Source: Candidatus Rokuibacteriota bacterium
Lineage (GTDB): Bacteria > Methylomirabilota > Methylomirabilia > Rokubacteriales > DASRDR01
Assembly (NCBI GenBank): GCA_044866005.1
Contig: JBIOTN010000012.1
Coordinates: 1 to 43,106 of the forward strand
Direction of reading: 5' to 3'
DNA length: 43,106 bases
Shown here piece by piece: positions 39,693 to 43,106 of this stretch. The notes under the pieces were generated by a model. The model did no database searches and was not told the origin of the DNA. It was given only the letters and a program-made list of their open reading frames with translations. Numbering within the stretch: the first letter of the stretch is position 1; every line of letters begins with the position of its first letter. The translations under genes and the position numbers were made by a program.

Positions 39693-39977
39693 ATGGGCGG
39701 CCGGGTCATCCCCTTCCGGCGACCGTCCCGCGAGCCGGACGATGCCGAGGCCTTCGTCGAGGTCGCGCGGGCCGGCGATCAGGCCGAGGCGCTCGTTCTC
39801 CAGAGCCTGCTCGATGCCCACGGCATCCTCGCGATTCTCCGGACCCACGTCGCCCAGTCCGTCCACCCGTTCACCGTCGGGGGCCAGGGCGAGGTGCGGA
39901 TCCTGGTCCCCCGGCCGGCGGCCGCCGACAGCCGGCGAATCCTGGCCTGCGCCGACTCCGACCGCTCGCTGCCCTGA
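39693..39977 (+). CDS. DUF2007-like small protein
   Basis: EALVLQSLLDAHGI...GEVRILVP pattern. Confidence 0.75.
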   Translation: MGGRVIPFRRPSREPDDAEAFVEVARAGDQAEALVLQSLLDAHGILAILRTHVAQSVHPFTVGGQGEVRILVPRPAAADSRRILACADSDRSLP

Positions 39978-39983
39978 GCGGGC

Positions 39984-40973
39984 TCAGACCGGGCCGCCGG
40001 ACGCGTCGAGCGTCCGGCAGAGCCCGGCGAGGACGTCGATGACGCGCGCGAGCGCGCCCGGATCCAGTGTCTCCGGGCGGTCGCCCGCCGTGTGATAGGT
40101 CGTGAACGGCGCCGGCCGGCGGGAGGGCGAGACCAGGACCCCGCGCACCCCTCCGTAGATGAACGCGCGCAGCGCCTCCACCGCGGCCGTCGGCACGACG
40201 GTCAGGCCGACTCCCGGAACGCCTCGGTCGGCGAAGGGCCGGTGGTCGCTGCCGAAGAACGGGACGGGCTCGGCGAGATGGTAGCTCTCGTCCCGGCGGT
40301 ATCCGAGCGCCTCGGCGGTCACGGTAAAGCTCTGGAGGAGCGCGGTCTCGGCGAGCGCCGGCGTGACGTCCCAGAGGGCGAGGCTGTCGCCGATCCCGCA
40401 GAGCTCGAGGCTCACCACCCCGACCAGCTCCTCCAGCGCCGCGGTCCGCGCGTAGACGCGCGAGCCGAGCATGCCGCGCTCCTCGTCGCCGAAGAAGGCC
40501 AGGCGGACGGTGAGCCGGCGAGGAGGATCGGCCACCAGCCGGTCCCACAGGGCGAGCAGAATGCCGACGGCGGCGGCGTTGTCGTTGGCCCCGGGGCTGC
40601 CGGGGACCGCGTCGTGGTGCCCGGCGAGCAACAGCACCCGGGGCCCGCGCCCGACCTCGGCGACGAAGCTCAGGCCCGCCCCCTCGACGGTCCGATAGGG
40701 CAGGCGCCGCGCCGGAACCCCGCGCGCGGCGAGGACCGTCTCGAGCGCCACCGCGCGCGCGGCGTTCGAGCGTCCCGCCAGGACCCGCGCCGTGTCCAGG
40801 GCCGTCGGCGCCGCGAGCGCGCGGTACGCCTCGAGGGAGAGAGGGACCGGCGGCGCGTCGCGGCGCCGCACGTTCATCAGCCGGGCCGCGAAGACGTTCA
40901 GCGCGCCGCCCAGCGCGCGCCGGAGCTCGCGCCGCCAGAAGGTCGCCCGCCGCGGGCCGCCGCCGAGGGTCAT
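39984..40973 (-). CDS. M28 family metallopeptidase
   Basis: GHHD, GANDNAA, DEERGMLGS, SDHRPF, YHTAGD. ATGA-coupled to tatD. Confidence 0.88.
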   Translation of the reverse strand: MTLGGGPRRATFWRRELRRALGGALNVFAARLMNVRRRDAPPVPLSLEAYRALAAPTALDTARVLAGRSNAARAVALETVLAARGVPARRLPYRTVEGAGLSFVAEVGRGPRVLLLAGHHDAVPGSPGANDNAAAVGILLALWDRLVADPPRRLTVRLAFFGDEERGMLGSRVYARTAALEELVGVVSLELCGIGDSLALWDVTPALAETALLQSFTVTAEALGYRRDESYHLAEPVPFFGSDHRPFADRGVPGVGLTVVPTAAVEALRAFIYGGVRGVLVSPSRRPAPFTTYHTAGDRPETLDPGALARVIDVLAGLCRTLDASGGPV

Positions 40974-41788
40974 CCGGCCTCGTCCGGCGGCGGAACCCCG
41001 AAGAGGGCGCAGGCGTTCCGGGTCGTCTGCCGCCCCACGAGCGCGGCCGGCACGCCGAGAAGCTCGGCGACCCGCGCCGCGGTGACCGGCAGGTAGGCCG
41101 GCTCGTTGCGCTGGCCCCGCCAGGGCTGGGGCGGCAGGTAGGGGCAGTCGGTCTCGACCACGAGCCGATCCAGGCCGACCGCCCGCACGACCTCGGGAAG
41201 CCGCCGGGCATTCGGGTAGGTCACGGGCCCCGCGATCGAGATCAGCAGCCCGAGCTCGACGCATCGCCGCGCGAGCGGGACATCCCCGGAGAAGCAGTGC
41301 ATGATGCCGCCGGCCGCGCTCGTCCCGTCGGCCGTGAGGAGCGCGACCAGCTCCGCGTGCGCGTCGCGGCAATGGAGGAGGATCGGCTTGCCGGCCTCGC
41401 GGGCGAGCGCGAGCTGGCCGCGGAGCGCGGCTCTCTGCGCCGCGGGCGGGGAGAGGTTCCGGTAGAAATCGAGGCCGATCTCGCCGATGGCGACGACCTT
41501 CGGCTCCCGCGTCATCGCGCCGATCGCGGCGAGCGCCGCATCGTCCGCGCGGGCGGCGTCGTGCGGGTGGATCCCGACGGCCGCGTAGACGTCGCCGTGG
41601 GCCGCCGCCAGCGCGACGGCCTCACGCGAGGCGCCGGGATCGGTGCCGACCGTCAGCAGGCGGGCCACGCCCGCGGCCCGGCCCCGCCGGAGCACGTGGT
41701 CCCGATCGCCCGCGAACTCCGCGTCGTGGAGGTGCGCGTGCGTGTCGAAGAGCACGGCGCCGGGCGCGGCGGCGCCGGACGCCGTCAC
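40970..41788 (-). CDS. tatD: TatD family hydrolase/DNase
   Basis: DTHAHL, GIHPH, IGEIGLDF, LHCRDA, HCFSG, ETDCPYL, NEP. Confidence 0.93.
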   Translation of the reverse strand: MTASGAAAPGAVLFDTHAHLHDAEFAGDRDHVLRRGRAAGVARLLTVGTDPGASREAVALAAAHGDVYAAVGIHPHDAARADDAALAAIGAMTREPKVVAIGEIGLDFYRNLSPPAAQRAALRGQLALAREAGKPILLHCRDAHAELVALLTADGTSAAGGIMHCFSGDVPLARRCVELGLLISIAGPVTYPNARRLPEVVRAVGLDRLVVETDCPYLPPQPWRGQRNEPAYLPVTAARVAELLGVPAALVGRQTTRNACALFGVPPPDEAG

Positions 41789-42894
41789 GGTCCCACCGTG
41801 AAGCGGAGGCGGCCGATGAGCTGATGGCCCCGCTCGGTCAGGACGTCCACCGTCCAGCGGCCGCGCGGGTCGACGGGAAAGTCCGCCTTCCGCGAGTAGG
41901 TTCGGAAGCCGGCCGTGCGGCCGCCGCGGACCGGCGTCGGCAGTCGCACCGTGGTCACCACGCGCCCCTCGTGACGCCACCGGTGGAGGATCGGCTGCTC
42001 GAGACCGGCCGGCGCGTAGACCGGCGTGTAGGCGACGAGCCCGCCCCACGCGGCGAGGGTCGCCGCGGAGACCCGCCCGCCCACCGGGTCGACGGGCGCG
42101 AGGCTCGAGACGGCGCGCGCCGCGGTCGCGCCCGCCAGGTGGAGCGGCGCGGGCGGGATCGCGGTGCGAAGGGCCCAGGCGAGACCGACCGCGACGGCGG
42201 CCGACAGCCCGGCCCGCCCCGCGGCGTCCCACCAGGACCGTCCGGGGAGGACGAACACCGGCGTCAGAGCGAGCCCGGCCAGGAGCGCGCCGCCGAGGAG
42301 TGCCCAGACCGGTGGCAGGCCGACGAGCGGCAGCGCCACGTTGAGGCCCGCGAAGAGCGAGAAGGCGAAGAAGAGCCGCCCGACCCACGGCCGCGGCTGG
42401 ATCAGCGCGCAGTAGCAGGGGTCGATGGTGGTGACGAGCGCCGCCGCGACGAGCAGCGCGAAGAAGGGCGCCGTGGCGCCATCGAACGTCGTGCTCGCGA
42501 AGTACGCCGGGAGCACGAAGAGGAGCAGCCCGTGGTAGAGCGTCTGGATCGTGTAATCCCCCGCCGCGACCACGAGGCGACGCCCGCGCGTCTCCACCTG
42601 CCGCTCGCGCGTCTGGGTCAGCACCGTGAAGAGGAGCCAGAGGACGACCACGTACCCGACGATCCAGCCCACGTGCGGGAGGCCGCGACGGAACACGAGG
42701 AGGGCCGCGAGCCCGCCGATCAGCGAGGCGACCGAGACGCCCCAGCGGAGGACCAAGCCGCGCCAGGCCGGCCAGTCGGTGAAGACGACGCTGCGCCGGC
42801 GAACGAACGGATCCGCCTCCGGCACCGCAGGCCGGGGACCGTCGTCCGAGCCATCGACGGGGGAGGGGGCCGGGCGGGAGGGGGAGAGCGGCAT
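41785..42894 (-). CDS. Membrane protein, DUF5924/DUF2914-like
   Basis: TM region with LLFVLPAY; C-terminal YTPVYAP.GL...HRW, GGR..GFRTYSRK, GRW.VDV. Start uncertain. Confidence 0.75.
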   Translation of the reverse strand: MPLSPSRPAPSPVDGSDDGPRPAVPEADPFVRRRSVVFTDWPAWRGLVLRWGVSVASLIGGLAALLVFRRGLPHVGWIVGYVVVLWLLFTVLTQTRERQVETRGRRLVVAAGDYTIQTLYHGLLLFVLPAYFASTTFDGATAPFFALLVAAALVTTIDPCYCALIQPRPWVGRLFFAFSLFAGLNVALPLVGLPPVWALLGGALLAGLALTPVFVLPGRSWWDAAGRAGLSAAVAVGLAWALRTAIPPAPLHLAGATAARAVSSLAPVDPVGGRVSAATLAAWGGLVAYTPVYAPAGLEQPILHRWRHEGRVVTTVRLPTPVRGGRTAGFRTYSRKADFPVDPRGRWTVDVLTERGHQLIGRLRFTVGP

Positions 42895-42943
42895 CGACCG
42901 GCTTCGAGGCGGAACCGTCGGGACGAGCTAGGGTCTCGCGCCG

Positions 42944-43012
42944 GGCACCGCGCCTACTGGACTATCGGCACGGCGCCTCCTGGACCTTCGGCACGGCGCC
43001 TCTTGGACCTGC
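42944..43012 (+). repeat. Tandem repeat, 3 x 23 bp
   Basis: GGCACCGCGCCTACTGGACTATC / GGCACGGCGCCTCCTGGACCTTC / GGCACGGCGCCTCTTGGACCTGC. Confidence 0.85.
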
Positions 43013-43014
43013 GC

Positions 43015-43106
43015 GCCGGGCCGAGAACCGAGCAGCCCCGGGACGCAGGAAGGAGGCGGCCCGAGGCGTCTGCCGGCCCCCCCACCCAGCCCTATGAGGA
43101 GGGCCG
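43015..43106. mobile_element. Repeat A copy 4 (truncated by window end; C-rich module variant)
   Basis: GCCGGGCCGAGAACCGAGCAG...GAGGCGTCTGCCGGCCCCCCCACCCAGCCCTATGAGGAGG aligns with copy 2. Confidence 0.78.

Noticed and set aside
42944..43012. Possible CRISPR array
   Set aside because: Units are contiguous with no spacers, and there are no cas genes.

Overview
A very GC-rich bacterial chromosomal segment with about 36 protein-coding genes, many coupled by ATGA/GTGA stop-start overlaps. The repeat style and gene content resemble Ca. Rokubacteria/Methylomirabilota, but this is an unverified impression. Genes include a 3xPAS hybrid kinase, a minus-strand catabolic/transport run (Ldh_2, DUF1028, peptide-type ABC binding protein and permeases, LLM oxidoreductase, GH63-like hydrolase), and a coupled operon of GT2, TIGR04282-like protein, GT-C membrane glycosyltransferase, NUDIX and radical SAM. 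Further on are a pirin, a methyltransferase, glnD, a CDP-alcohol phosphatidyltransferase, a lytic transglycosylase, a VUT transporter, an HtrA-like pseudo-protease, an ABC exporter, a NitT/TauT ABC system, hisC, hypotheticals, a DmpA-type peptidase, a gamma-CA, an M28 peptidase and TatD. I found no rRNA, tRNA, CRISPR array or transposase. The most unusual signal is non-coding. A ~180 bp element with terminal inverted repeats (repeat A) occurs 4 times, all co-oriented and about 10 kb apart. It has covarying stems, two alternative central modules and internal indels only in multiples of 3, and inside operons it forms a mini-ORF bridging the flanking genes. A second twin-hairpin REP-like family (repeat B) and many apparently leaderless genes are also visible. 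Family assignments come from motif recognition by eye, not from database searches.
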